Below are positions 26,663 to 40,043 of a stretch of 64,000 nt of DNA, piece by piece (position 1 is the first letter of the stretch; each line of letters opens with the position of its first letter). The DNA lies in assembly GCF_009914755.1 (NCBI RefSeq), contig NC_060925.1, one strand, 5' to 3'. Made by a program: the position numbers and the translations under genes. Source of the DNA: the human T2T-CHM13v2.0 reference genome, Homo sapiens. The notes beneath the pieces are model-generated. The model saw nothing but the letters and a program-made list of their open reading frames with translations. It made no database searches and was not told the DNA's origin.

Positions 26663-27296
26663 CAGCCAAAGTGCCTCCTTTCACTCCAGGGTCCAGGCAT
26701 CCAGCAGCCGAAGCGCCTCCTTTCACTCCAGGGTCCACACATCCAGCAGCCGAAGCGCCTCCTTTCACTCCAGGGTCCACACATCCAGCAGCCGAAGCGC
26801 CTCTTTTCACTCCAGGGTCCACACATCCAGCAGCCGAAGCGCCTCCTTTCAATCCAGGGTCCACACATCCAGCAGCCGAAGCGCCTCCTTTCACTCCAGG
26901 GTCCACACATCCAACAGCCGAAGCGCCTCCTTTCTCTCCAGGGTCCACACATCCAGCAGCCGAAGCGCCTCCTTTCACTCCAGGGTCCACACATCCAGCA
27001 GCCGAAGCGCCTCCTTTCACTCCAGGGTCCACACATCCAGCAGCCGAAGCGCCTCCTTTCAATCCAGGGTCCACACATCCAGCAGCCGAAGCGCCTCCTT
27101 TCACTCTAGGGTCCAGGCATCCAGCAGCCGAAGCGCCTCCTTTCAATCCAGGGTCCACACATCCAGCAGCCGAAGCGCCCTCCTTTCAATCCAGGGTCCA
27201 GGCATCTAGCAGCCGAAGCGCCTCCTTTCAATCCAGGGTCCACACATCCAGCAGCCGAAGCGCCTCCTTTCAATCCAGGGTCCACACATCCAGCAG
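26663..27296. repeat. 42-bp minisatellite, ~15 highly similar copies (GCCGAAGCGCCTCCTTTCACTCCAGGGTCCACACATCCAGCA)
   Basis: Directly visible array in intron 5; 14-aa periodicity in the ORF track. Confidence 0.97.
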
Positions 27297-27784
27297 GTGC
27301 CGACTGGGGCAAAACTCCCAATGCCGGCATTAAGCTAGATTGGCCCGGAATCAGAGGTCTTGGGTGGGATGCCCCCTCTCACCCATCCCTCCTTCGAATA
27401 GAGCCCACGGTCCTGGTGTGGCTCTGTCATGGCTGGGCTGATGTAGGTAGCATGTGCAGAGGATGTGGAGTCGGCTCCTTTTTCCTGTGACGAAGTTGAA
27501 AGCGATGATGCATGTGTGTTTTCTTACCCGATGCCCACTGTGTGCTGGGCACTGTCCTAGGTGCTGGTCATCCGGCCCCACCCAAACAAGTGGGCTGTGT
27601 GGGCGGGGGGAGGGTCCCCGGGCCCTGACGTCCCGAGCAGGCTCTTCTGATGAGCAGGAGAGTCCCGTAGAGGGTCTGGACCCCCTTTGCTCAGCCGCAC
27701 CTGATGCCCACATGTGCTGAGGGTCCCGGTTCCTCACGTGAACTCAGTGCTGTATTTTCTCTTCAGTCCCGTTTCCTCACGTGA

Positions 27785-28128
<344 letters not shown>

Positions 28129-29009
28129 TATATTTCCTCGTCTTAACTCAGGTGTGAGGTGAGCTCTGTAATAGGAAGGAAATTTGTGAAAAATGGTAAA
28201 AGAGGGAAAAGCATATGAAAGGGCTGTGTCTGGAAAGAATCTGAATTGGAGGCTCTGGGCACATGGTGACAGTGCAGATGCACCCCTTTACTCCCAGGAA
28301 CACTTTGGGCACTTAGGCAAGGCAGAAAATGTCCAAGCAGGTCCCGACAACATTCATTCTCATGCCTTTTGTAACATTTAAACGTTCATGAAAACATCGC
28401 CAAACAAGCTGATAATTACCATCATTTTCGAATTGTTCAGAACCATGAAGAATAAAGAAGGATCATTTAAAATCTTGAAAAATACTGAACAAAGAATACT
28501 AAGATAATTGCAGGCTGCCATGTAGCAGTTCAAGATGTTCATGAGTCCGAGTTCCCCTTCTCTGAGGCTGTCAGGAGGAGGTTCTGTTTGAATGAAGGTC
28601 AGGCAGGGGGTGCCCCCACACACTCTGCTTAGCCCTAGACGGGACCCCAGGCTGCTCTACGCAGAGCGCAGCAGGAGCTGCAGCCCCCCAGCCCCTGCAA
28701 GCCACGGGGCCTTGCCTGAAGCAGCACCTCGTCACCCCTGCCCGATGGCACCTCCCCTGTGTCCCCTCATGCAGAGCAGGGTTCCAGGCCTCTCCTTGGG
28801 GCCACTGGTTCCCCCAACCTTGGGATAGACCCAAGAGGAGGCTCTCAAGCTTGGGCAAGCCTGGCGCCCGGAAGGGACAAGGTGCCGGGGCCACCTGTTG
28901 CCCGGCTCAGTGTCCTCTTTGGAGAAGGTACAGGTGTGGAAGGCCCTGCCTGTCCTCTCCGCTGGCCCCTCAGTGTGGCCTGGGCCTGACGCTCTGTTCC
29001 CACCTGCAG

Positions 29010-29141
29010 AGAGCGTACTGCGGTCAGTGCAGCGAGAGGATATGGGGCCTCGCGAGGCAAGGCTACAGGTGCATCAACTGCAAACTGCTGGTCCATAAGC
29101 GCTGCCACGGCCTCGTCCCGCTGACCTGCAGGAAGCATATG
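29010..29141 (+). CDS. PRKCZ: PRKCZ exon 6 (atypical C1 zinc finger); last codon ATG (29139-29141) is Met184, the PKM-zeta start
   Basis: cctgcag|AGAGCG ... CATATG|gtgagt; 132 nt; [44 protein letters not shown]. Confidence 0.98.
29042..29098 (+). other. Out-of-frame uORF ([18 protein letters not shown]) in the PKM-zeta leader, inside exon 6
   Basis: GATATGG context (G at -3, G at +4); TAA ends at 29098, 40 nt before Met184. Confidence 0.65.
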
Positions 29142-30415
29142 GTGAGTGGCAGGGCTGGGGAGGCCCGGGGGGCACGGGCGGGGTCGGGGCGTGGCAGCCA
29201 GCCCATTGTCCAAGCAGACCTTGGTGACCCTGGGTTCTTCAAGAGGGGCCGTGGTGCCGTCCTAGCTCTGGGCTGCAGCGTGAGACTCAGGCGGCAGTCT
29301 TGGATAGGACCCATCTTCCTGAGCCCCCACAAGCCCCCGGCACACTCTGCTCATTGGGGCATGAGGCTCAGGCAGCAGGCTCAGGTAGGACGTGGTACGC
29401 TCTGCTCAGTGGGTCGGAGGTAAGGTTCATTCATACCCCAGTCTTGAACCAGCTCTTAAGGACTGTGGAGGTGAAAGCCAGGTCTGACCTAGTAGCATTG
29501 GGCACGCTGAGGCTCCGAACATCTGGAGCCTCTCCCTGGCATCCCCCCTGGGAAGCCATGCCCAGCCTGTGATGAGGGCGGCACCTTCCCTCCGCCATCC
29601 CCGAGTGCTTGGACTTGAAGCATCCAGGCCTTTGGGGGCCTTATTGACTTTTGCTTATTGAAGGCTGCCTCTGGCATTTCCGTGTGGCCCCCTGCATCCC
29701 ACTGAACCACGGGGGTGAGGCCTGGACTGAACATTCAACTCCCTGGGCCCTGCTGCAGCGTGCAGTGGGTGTGTCTGGGGAGGGTGGCTTGTCTGCATCT
29801 TGCTGTGGCATGGGAGGAAAGGCGCCTGTGGCAGTGACGTGCCCTCTCCTCTGTTACGGGATAAAGACAGAGTCTGGATCAGGGTGTCACCCCAGGATCA
29901 CCAGCCACAGGGATGGGGGACCACGCAGGCTGGTGCATGCGTTGGCACAGTCCTTCCAGAGGTCCTTCAGCTGCATCTGCCAAAAAGCCTGTAATGCCCT
30001 TTGACCTCATAGGTCCACTTTAGCGTAAGCAAATGAGACCGGCCCCAGAAATGTGGTCAGCTAGAGGCGGAGGGAGGCCAGAGCCTGCCACCCAGCTGAC
30101 CGCCAGTACTGGTGGCTCCATTATGACATATCTGCAGGCGGAACCCAGAGGCCCTTAGAATGGCCCCCTGATGCTTGGTTACTGACAGGATGCAGCTTTG
30201 GGACAGGGGAGATGACCAAGCATTGTGCAAAATATCCCGTTGTATAAAGCACTTGGTGGAAAGGTCATGGCCTGCAGTACCGAGTGGCCACCTCCGTCTG
30301 CAGAATCATAGGTAATGTTTATGTTCTTTATCTAATTCAGTAAAATAGCATAACAATTAGATTTTTATATACTATATTACAGTATACCCATTGTAATGTG
30401 TAAATATGTAAATCA

Positions 30416-30756
<341 letters not shown>

Positions 30757-30826
30757 TTACAGAAGCTACGTTGTAACACCTGCTCTAGCACTTGGTCATG
30801 CTGCCATCTCTGTGTCTCTCCGGCAG

Positions 30827-30908
30827 GATTCTGTCATGCCTTCCCAAGAGCCTCCAGTAGACGACAAGAACGAGGACGCCGACCTTCCTTCCGAGGAGAC
30901 AGATGGAA
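30827..30908 (+). CDS. PRKCZ: PRKCZ exon 7 (hinge; caspase site EETD/G)
   Basis: cggcag|GATTCT ... GGAA|gtaggc; 82 nt; DSVMPSQEPPVDDKNEDADLPSEETDG. Not in the ORF track; read manually. Confidence 0.96.
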
Positions 30909-31531
30909 GTAGGCGCTGCTTTCTTCCGGCCGGGTAGAGCCTGGGCATCACCTCACCCTGCTCACCTCTGCCTTCTAGCCACGAGTCCTTTCTCAGTCCC
31001 ATCTGCTCTGCAGGGGTCATTGTCTTCAAGCCTGGCCACCCTTCCCTGGGGCTGGGGATGAGGCTCTCCAGGGCCTCCTCTCAATCCCCGGCAGAGATGA
31101 GCAGGGTGAGCTGGCCCTCCCTGGAGGCTGCTGGGCAGGGATGCCTCCGTGAAGTGCTGTTGTGGTTGCCCAGGGGTGCAGAGCCTCTTCCTCTAACCAG
31201 CTCCGGGAGTTCTCGAAGGCACTTAGTGCAGCGGCCACCATGGCCGGGCACCTCCCACAATCTGGCTGCTGCACAGAGCTGAGCCCTATCTGGGGAAAGC
31301 CTGGCGAGGTGGCTGCTGCACACACAGCGTGGCAGTGGCATGGTCCTTGGATTTTTGTGAGGTTTTGTTTGTTGTGGGGAAGGACTTGTTTTATTGCTAA
31401 GAAGCATTCAGAGAGAGATCTCAAACACCAGTTGGACTTACAGCCCAGGTTTGAGCCTCCACACCTGCACCTCTGCACGGGGGTGTGAGAGCCTCACTTT
31501 CACTTGATGCATGTGAGTTCTGTCTCATTGG

Positions 31532-31582
31532 GAGACCACAGAACATAAAGCACTTATGAGACCACAGAACATAAAGCACTTA
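31532..31582. repeat. Two-copy 26-bp tandem duplication GAGACCACAGAACATAAAGCACTTA
   Basis: Directly visible. Confidence 0.9.
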
Positions 31583-31639
31583 GTTCACACAGTGCCTCAC
31601 GCAAAAGAGATGCCTCACAAACAACTGCCTGCCCACCTG

Positions 31640-33555
31640 CTCCTCCACCCACCTATCCTCTATACAGATATTCATCCGTACATCATCCATTCACCCACCT
31701 AGCCAACCAACCAGCCCTCATCCAGCCAACCAGCCATCCTCCACCTGCCCATTCTCCATCCATCCACCACCTATCCATCTATCCACGATCCATCCATCTC
31801 GTCAGCCAGCCAGCCAGCCAGCCATCCTCCACCCACCCATCCACCAGCTATCTTCCATTCGTTCATCTGTTGTCCACTGACCTCTCCATCTATCCATGTA
31901 TCTATTGTCCACTGACCACTCCATCTATCCATCTATTGTCCACTGACCTCTCCGTCTATCCGTCTATTGTCCACTGACCTCTCCATCCAACCGTCTATTG
32001 TCCACTGACCTCTCCATCTATCCATCCATCTTTTGTCCACTGACGTCTCCATCTATCCATCTGTCTGTTGTCCACTGACCTCTCCACCCATCTATCTGTT
32101 GTCCACTGACCTCTCCATCTTTCCATCTGTTGTCCACTGACCTCTCCATCTATCCATCTATTGTCCACTGACCTCTCTATCTATCCATCTATTGTTCACT
32201 GACCTCTCCTTCCATCTATCTGTTGTCCACTGACCTCTCCATCTATCCATCTATCTTGTCCACTGACGTCTCCATCTATCCATACATCTGTTGTCCACTG
32301 ACGTCTCCATCTGTTCATCTATCTGTTGTCCACTGACCTCTCCACCCATCTGTCTGTTGTCCACTGACCTCTCCATCTTTCCGTCTATTGTCCACTGACC
32401 TTTCCATCTATCCAGCTATTGTCCACTGACCTCTCCATCTATCCATCCATCTATTGTCCACTGACGTCTCCATCTGTCCATCTATCTGTTGTCCACTGAC
32501 CTGTCCACCCATCTGTCTGTTGTCCACTGACCTCTCCATCTTTCCGTCTGTTGTCCACTGACCTCTCCGTCTATCCATCTATCTATTGTCCACTGACCTC
32601 TCATCTATCCATCTATTGTCCACTGACCTCTCCATCTATCCATCCATCTATTGTCCACTGACCTCTCCATCTATCCATCCACTGTCCACTGACCTCTCCA
32701 TCTATCCATCCACTGTCCACTGACCTCTCCATCTATCCATCCATTGTCCACTGACCTCTCCATCTATCCATCCATCTATTGTCCACTGACGTCTCCATCT
32801 GTCCATCTATCTGTTGTCCACTGACCTGTCCACCCATCTGTCTGTAGTCCACTGACCTCTCCATCTTTCCGTCTGTTGTCCACTGACCTCTCCGTCTATC
32901 CATCTATCTATTGTCCACTGACCTCTCCATCTATCCATCTATTGTCCACTGACCTCTCCATCTATCCATCCATCTATTGTCCACTGACCTCTCCATCTAT
33001 CCATCCACTGTCCACTGACCTCTCCATCTATCCATCCATCTATTGTCTACTGACCTCTCCATCTATCCATCCATCTATTGTCCACTGACGTCTCCATCTA
33101 TCCATCTGTCTGTTGTCCACTGACCTGTCCACCCATCTGTCTGTTGTCCACTGACCTCTCCATCTTTCCGTCTGTTGTCCACTGACCTCTCCGTCTATCC
33201 ATCTGTCTGTTGTCCACTGACCTCTCCATCTATCCATCTATTGTCCACTGACCTCTCCATCTATCCATCCATCTATTGTCCACTGACCTCTCCATCTGTC
33301 CATCCACTGTCCACTGACCTCTCCATCTATCCACCTATTGTCCACTGACCTCTCCGTCTATCCATCCATCTATTGTCCACTAACCTCTCCATCTATCCAT
33401 CCATCTATTGTCCACTGACCTCTCCATCTATCCATCCATTGTGCACTGACCTCTCCATCTATCCGTCTTCTATCCAGGCCTCCATTCATCCCCCATCTAG
33501 TCATCCTCCATCCATCCACCAGACATCCACTCCTGCCCCTACCCACCCATTCACT
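31640..33555. repeat. Pyrimidine-rich minisatellite; core ~31866-33465 with ~49 units of 31/35 bp (TTGTCCACTGACCTCTCCATCTATCCATC[CATC]TA), flanked by degenerate (CCAT/CCAG)n
   Basis: Directly visible array in intron 7; units counted by the CACTGAC core. Confidence 0.97.
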
Positions 33556-33833
33556 AGACACCAAAATCCGGTGACGAATTATTTGCAGATGGACCCCTGG
33601 GGACGTATGTCACGAATGTACATCCCCAGGTCCCATGGTCAGAGTCGGCAGGTGTGAGTGGGGCCCAGGAAACTGCATTTTCAGAAGACTCTAAATTAGA
33701 ATCAGACATGGCTGCTGTGTGGATTCACCCTTCACCGTCACCCTGCAGAGGAGCAAGGTCCACAGGGTCGCTGTGTTCCCAGTGCGTTCCTGACCACACC
33801 GTAACGCCCCTTCCTTCCTCCCTCTCTCACCAG

Positions 33834-33886
33834 TTGCTTACATTTCCTCATCCCGGAAGCATGACAGCATTAAAGACGACTCGGAG
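33834..33886 (+). CDS. PRKCZ: PRKCZ exon 8 (hinge)
   Basis: ctctcaccag|TTGCT ... TCGGAG|gtgagt; 53 nt; (I)AYISSSRKHDSIKDDSE; phase matches exons 7 and 9. Confidence 0.96.
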
Positions 33887-34540
33887 GTGAGTGTGTGGAG
33901 CAGCTCGCTGCCATTTCCGACGTCCTCTGGAAAGTCTGTGAGCCTGTCTCTGGGGTAGTCACGGAAATCTAGATGTGAAATAGACATGGTCCGGGGTGTT
34001 GCTAACTAATCTTCACGGGTGTGGATGTCTAGAAGGAAGTCCTTATTCTTGGGTCTTACTTCAGGCATGTCCTTGATGAATACCTGCAGGCAGCTGTCCC
34101 CGCAGGTGGTCTGGGGACCACACCCTGCGGGGGAAGCCGTGCCCCACATCCTCTCCATTCAGGTGGTACAGTGGCCCAGGGGCTGGCTTTTGAGCTGCAA
34201 TTTTTATCAAGTTGTGTCTGCACCATGCCTTCCGAATTGTGTTGCCTCATTTGGCCATCCTGGCAAACCCTCTGAAGCCCTTTCATGTCCTTCCCCAACT
34301 TGAGCCAAGAGGCTCAACTGAGCCTCACGTCTGTGTCCAGCTCTGCACCATAAACCCTGAGAAGGGAACAGAAGAGCTTGCTGCGTTCTCAGCCTCTGCT
34401 CGTAAAACCCAGGGAAGGACTGCACTAGCGAAGCCCACTCCTTTCCAGAGCACCAACAAGTGTCACCCTCACAACTCGTGCTCCTTCCTGGCCATCCTGT
34501 GTCTGGAGGGAGGCCGGGGCACTTAGAAAGCAGAATCTGA

Positions 34541-35285
<745 letters not shown>

Positions 35286-35751
35286 TTATTTCTAATAATG
35301 TGTGCCTGCCGGTTTGGGAGCTCTTGGCAGGCATTAGCTGCATTCGCTTTACCTTCCTTCCCCTGAGGGAGGGCACTGATCAGGAAGGATGGGCCCAGGC
35401 CCTGGGCCACATGTCCCTGTGGCCACCTCTTCAGCCCCACTGATAGGGCTGAGGGCCTGGGGGTCCCTCCCACCTGCAGCTGTGACCAGAGCCATGGTCT
35501 GTGGAACGAACAGCTTCTAGCTTTCTAGCACCTTCCTCAGAAGCACACAGCCTTAAATTCTTACCTTTCATGCCCCAGTTTAGATGGGAGTTTGGGGGTG
35601 GGATATGTGGGACGCAGAACTGAGACTCGAATCATGAGGCCCTGGGCTCTGAGGAGCAGGTCTCTGTTGGGACCGCATGAGTGATGCGTGGTCCTCTGAG
35701 TCTCCCGGGAACCCCCCTCTCACTTTCTGGGGTCTTGTTCTCCCTCCCTAG

Positions 35752-35940
35752 GACCTTAAGCCAGTTATCGATGGGATGGATGGAATCAAAATCTCTCAGG
35801 GGCTTGGGCTGCAGGACTTTGACCTAATCAGAGTCATCGGGCGCGGGAGCTACGCCAAGGTTCTCCTGGTGCGGTTGAAGAAGAATGACCAAATTTACGC
35901 CATGAAAGTGGTGAAGAAAGAGCTGGTGCATGATGACGAG
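35752..35940 (+). CDS. PRKCZ: PRKCZ exon 9 (kinase N-lobe; Gly loop GRGSYA; catalytic Lys281 at 35905-35907)
   Basis: ccctag|GACCTT ... GACGAG|gtaggt; 189 nt; [63 protein letters not shown]. Confidence 0.98.
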
Positions 35941-36070
35941 GTAGGTGCCGCTTCTCATGGGGCCCGGGGGCCCGGGAACGTGCTGCCCTGGGGCCTCCTC
36001 CGGGCTTTAGCAGAATTAATCCATGCACGAGAGACCTAGCCTCACGTTGACGGAGTTTGTGCAAAATCAA

Positions 36071-36390
36071 TAGTCATGCATCGTGTAACGACCAGGATGT
36101 GTTCTGGAAAGTGCCTGGTTAGGTGATGGCACTGTTGTGTGAACATCACAGTGTGCACTCCACAAACCCAAACAGCACAGCCAACTCCACAGCCAAGATG
36201 CACAGTGCAGCTCCTGCTCCCAGGCTGCAAGCCCGTACGGCTGTCAGTGCACTGCACACTGCAGGCAGTGAGGGGACCACCACGAGAGCACTCACGTGTC
36301 TAAGCTTAGAAAAGGTGAAGATGGGTATCGTGGTCTCTGCAACCTTCTCATGTATGGCCAACCACTGATACGTTGCCTTCCAGCAGACTG
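36071..36390. mobile_element. Tigger3a/MER7-like DNA transposon, GC-shifted
   Basis: agtcatgcatcgtgtaacgac..gttaggtgat..gtgaacatcac..ctcccaggctgcaa..agaaaaggt..gactg is collinear with the remembered consensus. Confidence 0.65.
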
Positions 36391-36632
36391 CGGTTGAGTT
36401 TTAGGATGTCATCACCCTTGTTAGGAAATCTCTGGGGTTGAGCTGAACTGGACGGGTGATGGGGTGGGACAGGAAGCTGCCCAGAGGCACTGCCCTGCTC
36501 CGTCCTGCACAAGGCCCCAGCTTTGCAGTACATGCTGAGCTGCCGTGGCTCTGTGTAGCAGATCTTCCCACACCAGCTGTTTCTAGGGGAGAAGTTTGTT
36601 GATTATAGGATCAATGGTTTATTTGTTGAAAT

Positions 36633-37113
36633 CTTTTTTTTTGGAAACGGTCTTACTCTGTCACCCAGACTGGAGTGGCTTGATCACAGCCCACTGTAGC
36701 CTCAAAGTCCCCAGCTCAGGTGATCCTCCCACTTCAGCCTCTGGAGTGTTGGGACTACAGGCATGAGCCACCACCCCCAGCTGTATAATTTTTGTATTTT
36801 TTGTAGAGGCAGTGTCTCATTCTGTTACCCAGGCTGGAGGGCAGAGCATGATCACGGTTCACCTCCTGCAGCCTCCACCTCCTCCTGCAGCCTCCACCTC
36901 CTGCTAGGCTGAGGTGATCCTCTTGCCTCAGCCTCCAGAGGAACCAGGACTACAGGCATGCACCACCATGCCCAGCTATTTTTTGTGTTTTTTGTAGAGA
37001 CGGGGTTCCACTATATTGCCCAGGCTGGTCTAGAATTCCTGCGCTCATGCACTCTGCCCCCCTCAGCCTGCTAGAGTGCTGGGATTACAGGCATGAGTCA
37101 CTATGCCTGGCCT
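36633..37113 (-). mobile_element. Old Alu cluster (extra right arm plus AluJ-like element with internal duplication)
   Basis: Three consecutive reverse Alu monomers; CTCCTGCAGCCTCCAC duplicated near 36863-36900. Confidence 0.82.
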
Positions 37114-37212
37114 GTTTGTTGAAATCTTAATTCTGACTTCATAGACCTTTTTCTTTTAATTAAAGTAAAATACACATGACATAGAATTTGCCATTTTAAA
37201 GTGTACAGTTAG

Positions 37213-37508
<296 letters not shown>

Positions 37509-37514
37509 TATGCA

Positions 37515-38225
37515 AACAAAGTGTACAGTTAGGCGGCTTTTAGCATATTGAGATACAGAGTTGAGCAGCTATCACCTCTCTGATTCCAGAACATTTTCCT
37601 CACCCCAAAAGGAGACCCCATACCCACTCCCTGCTTCTGCTCTGCGTCAGCCCCATGGCCTCCAATCTGCCTTCTTCCTCTGCGGACTTCCGTCTTCTGC
37701 ACGCTTGACAGAACGGAGTTGTGTGTGAGCTTTTGGTGTCTGGCTTCTCCAGTGTCCGTCCATGTGGCCGCTCGCTCAGGCCTTCCTCTCTCTGCCTGGC
37801 CGGGTAATGTTCCGTTGTCCAGTGGAGGCCCCACGTTTGTGCGTGCACCTGCCAAGGGGCATTATAGTGTTCCCACCCTTGGCTGTTGTGAGTGGTGCCA
37901 CTGTGAAGGTTCGCGTACAAGAATCTGTTTGAGTCTATTTCCAGTTCTTTTGAGTGCAAACCTAGCAGTACAGTTGCTGGGTCACATGGTAGTTCTCTGT
38001 TCAACTGATGGGGACCTGCCAGGCTGCTTCCCACGCAGCCGCGCCGTTTCACCTCCCCGCCAACACCACACGGGCCTGTTTCTGCAGGTCCTCAGTGACG
38101 CGTGTGATTGTGATGATCGCCATCCTGGCAGGTGTGCAGTGGTGGCTTTGACTCCCATGTCTCTGATGACTGACAGTGTTCAGCATCTTTCATGCACCTG
38201 TTGGCTTCTGGTATTTTTGGTCTTT
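37515..38225 (-). mobile_element. L1 (L1MB-like) 3' end fragment
   Basis: ttccagaacattttcctcacccc, gttgctgggtcacatggtagttct and gccatcct..gtggtttt-type motifs. Confidence 0.7.
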
Positions 38226-39484
38226 TGCTTTCATTCCTGAATGCAGGTTGCGTCTCTCAGGATTAGATAAAAGGCCAACGTGTGGGTGGCAGTAATGCTG
38301 TTGTCACCAAGTGCTGCTAGCACAGAAGGCAACTGGCTGCTCGTCGAGCCCCGATGGGCCACAGAGGGGGTCCCTCCTCGCCAGCCATGCTCGGGGCTGG
38401 GAGGGCAGAGCTGGGGCTGGGGCTGAGCCTCTACTACCTCCCAGCAGGGCGTGTCTGTGCAGTGCACAGGCTGTCCAACTGGCCCCTCATCCCTGGGTGC
38501 AGAACTCAAAAGTGGGTGGCAGCGTCCATGCCCTGCGCCGAGGAACAGAGGCCCCGAGAGGTGTGGTGCCCTGCTGACAGCCCCGCTGCTGGCCAGCGGC
38601 AGCACAGGAGGATTCCAGCCCCCTTTGCAGCACGTCCCGGTCAGCTGGAAAGTTAATGCCACGTATGAGAGCAGGTTTGCGGGACCCTGAGAAAAGACAT
38701 TTGGAAGAGTCGCTGCTGCGGTTTTGTTCTGTCTTGAAATCATCCTCTGTGGGCCGGGATGCCGAGGTGGGGACTCTGGGGTTGTCTTTCGAGAAGAGCC
38801 TGATTGCAGGAGTTGTTGAATGCTTGGATGGTTTCTAGAAATTTCTTTCTCCCCACAAAAAGACTGCACTCTCTGGGGCCAGGCTTGCCTCTTGTTCCCC
38901 CAGGAGTCACTGGCAAGCCCCTTCCCACCGATTCTGCAGCGCCAGCCCCACGCAGGGCCTTGAACTCAGCAGTGCTGTGTCCAGGAGGTTCCACTCAGTT
39001 TGGGTGCTGAGTGATATGTGGGTCATGATGCCAACGCCGACGTCCCTGCGGGGCCACAGTGGGTGGGTGCTGCTGGTGAGGGCCACTGGGGGACGGGTGG
39101 TGGCAGGTGAGGGGTGGAGGAGTCACCGCCGACCCACTAGGTCTTCAGCCACTGGAGATGGGAGGAGATGCGGGCTGGCGAGGAGCTCGGCTTGTGGCCT
39201 GGGGTGGCGTGAGATACCCGGGTGCACATGTTGAGCAGCCGTCGGGGGGCAGGTCTGCAGCTCAGGGAGAGGCCGGGCTGGGAGCTCTCGGCGTGGAAAG
39301 ATGAGACTCGAAGCCACTCCATTGGATCTGCCTCCGAAGAGAAGGGAGGGTGGCCGAGGACCAAGCCTCGAGGAGGAGGAGGGCGCTGAGGAGGAATGAC
39401 ACAGTCTCAGAGGCTAAATAGATACTCACTAATGGTTTGTTGATTTGTTTCCACGAAACTTCCGGGAGTGGGGGCAGGCAACAC

Positions 39485-39635
39485 AGTAAGACCCTGCCTC
39501 TACAAAAAATAAAATTGCCAAGTGTGGCATGTATCTGTAGTCCCAGCTCCTCTGGAGGCTGAGGTGGGAGGATCGCTGGAGCTCCAGAGGTCGAGGCTGC
39601 AGTGAGCAGTAATCGCACCCCTGTGATCCAGCCTA
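39485..39635 (+). mobile_element. Alu fragment (linker and right arm)
   Basis: tctacaaaaaataaaatt..gaggctgaggtgggaggatcgct..gaggctgcagtgagc. Confidence 0.8.
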
Positions 39636-39869
39636 TTTTGACGCATTTCTTTCACTGTCATTTTTCTAACCCCGAAGACAAGGGGTTGACCTAGGAAGGC
39701 TTGAGAACTTCGTCCAGCTCTACTTTCTGGGGTCAAGATGAGACCAAGCTGTTGGATCTTTGTCACTCTAAAGTTGACTTTGACCTTGCAGCATTTTGCT
39801 GAACTGCAGCATGAATTGGGAGGGTGACAGTCCTGTGGCTGAAGCTAGTGCTCTGGTGATGGGTGTGGG

Positions 39870-39990
39870 CTTATCACTCGGTAGCGCTGGGACCTTGGGG
39901 AATCTGCTTAGCCCTCCACCTCAATTTCCTTGTGTCCTAACTGGAGATAATAATACCTGCCTCCTGGAACTGTTAGGGCAAAGCCTGGAG
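39870..39990 (+). mobile_element. MIR fragment
   Basis: gaccttgggg..cctcaatttccttgtgtcctaactggagataataatacct resembles the MIR core. Confidence 0.55.
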
Positions 39991-40043
39991 GCCAGAGGCC
40001 AGTATACCACCAGAGGCCAGCATACAACCAGAGCTGGTAGCTT

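Noticed and set aside
31866-33465. CRISPR-like array (conserved core with variable spacers)
   Set aside because: The intervening sequences are not unique spacers but variants of the same CCAT/CTAT motif. The context is a human intron with no cas genes.
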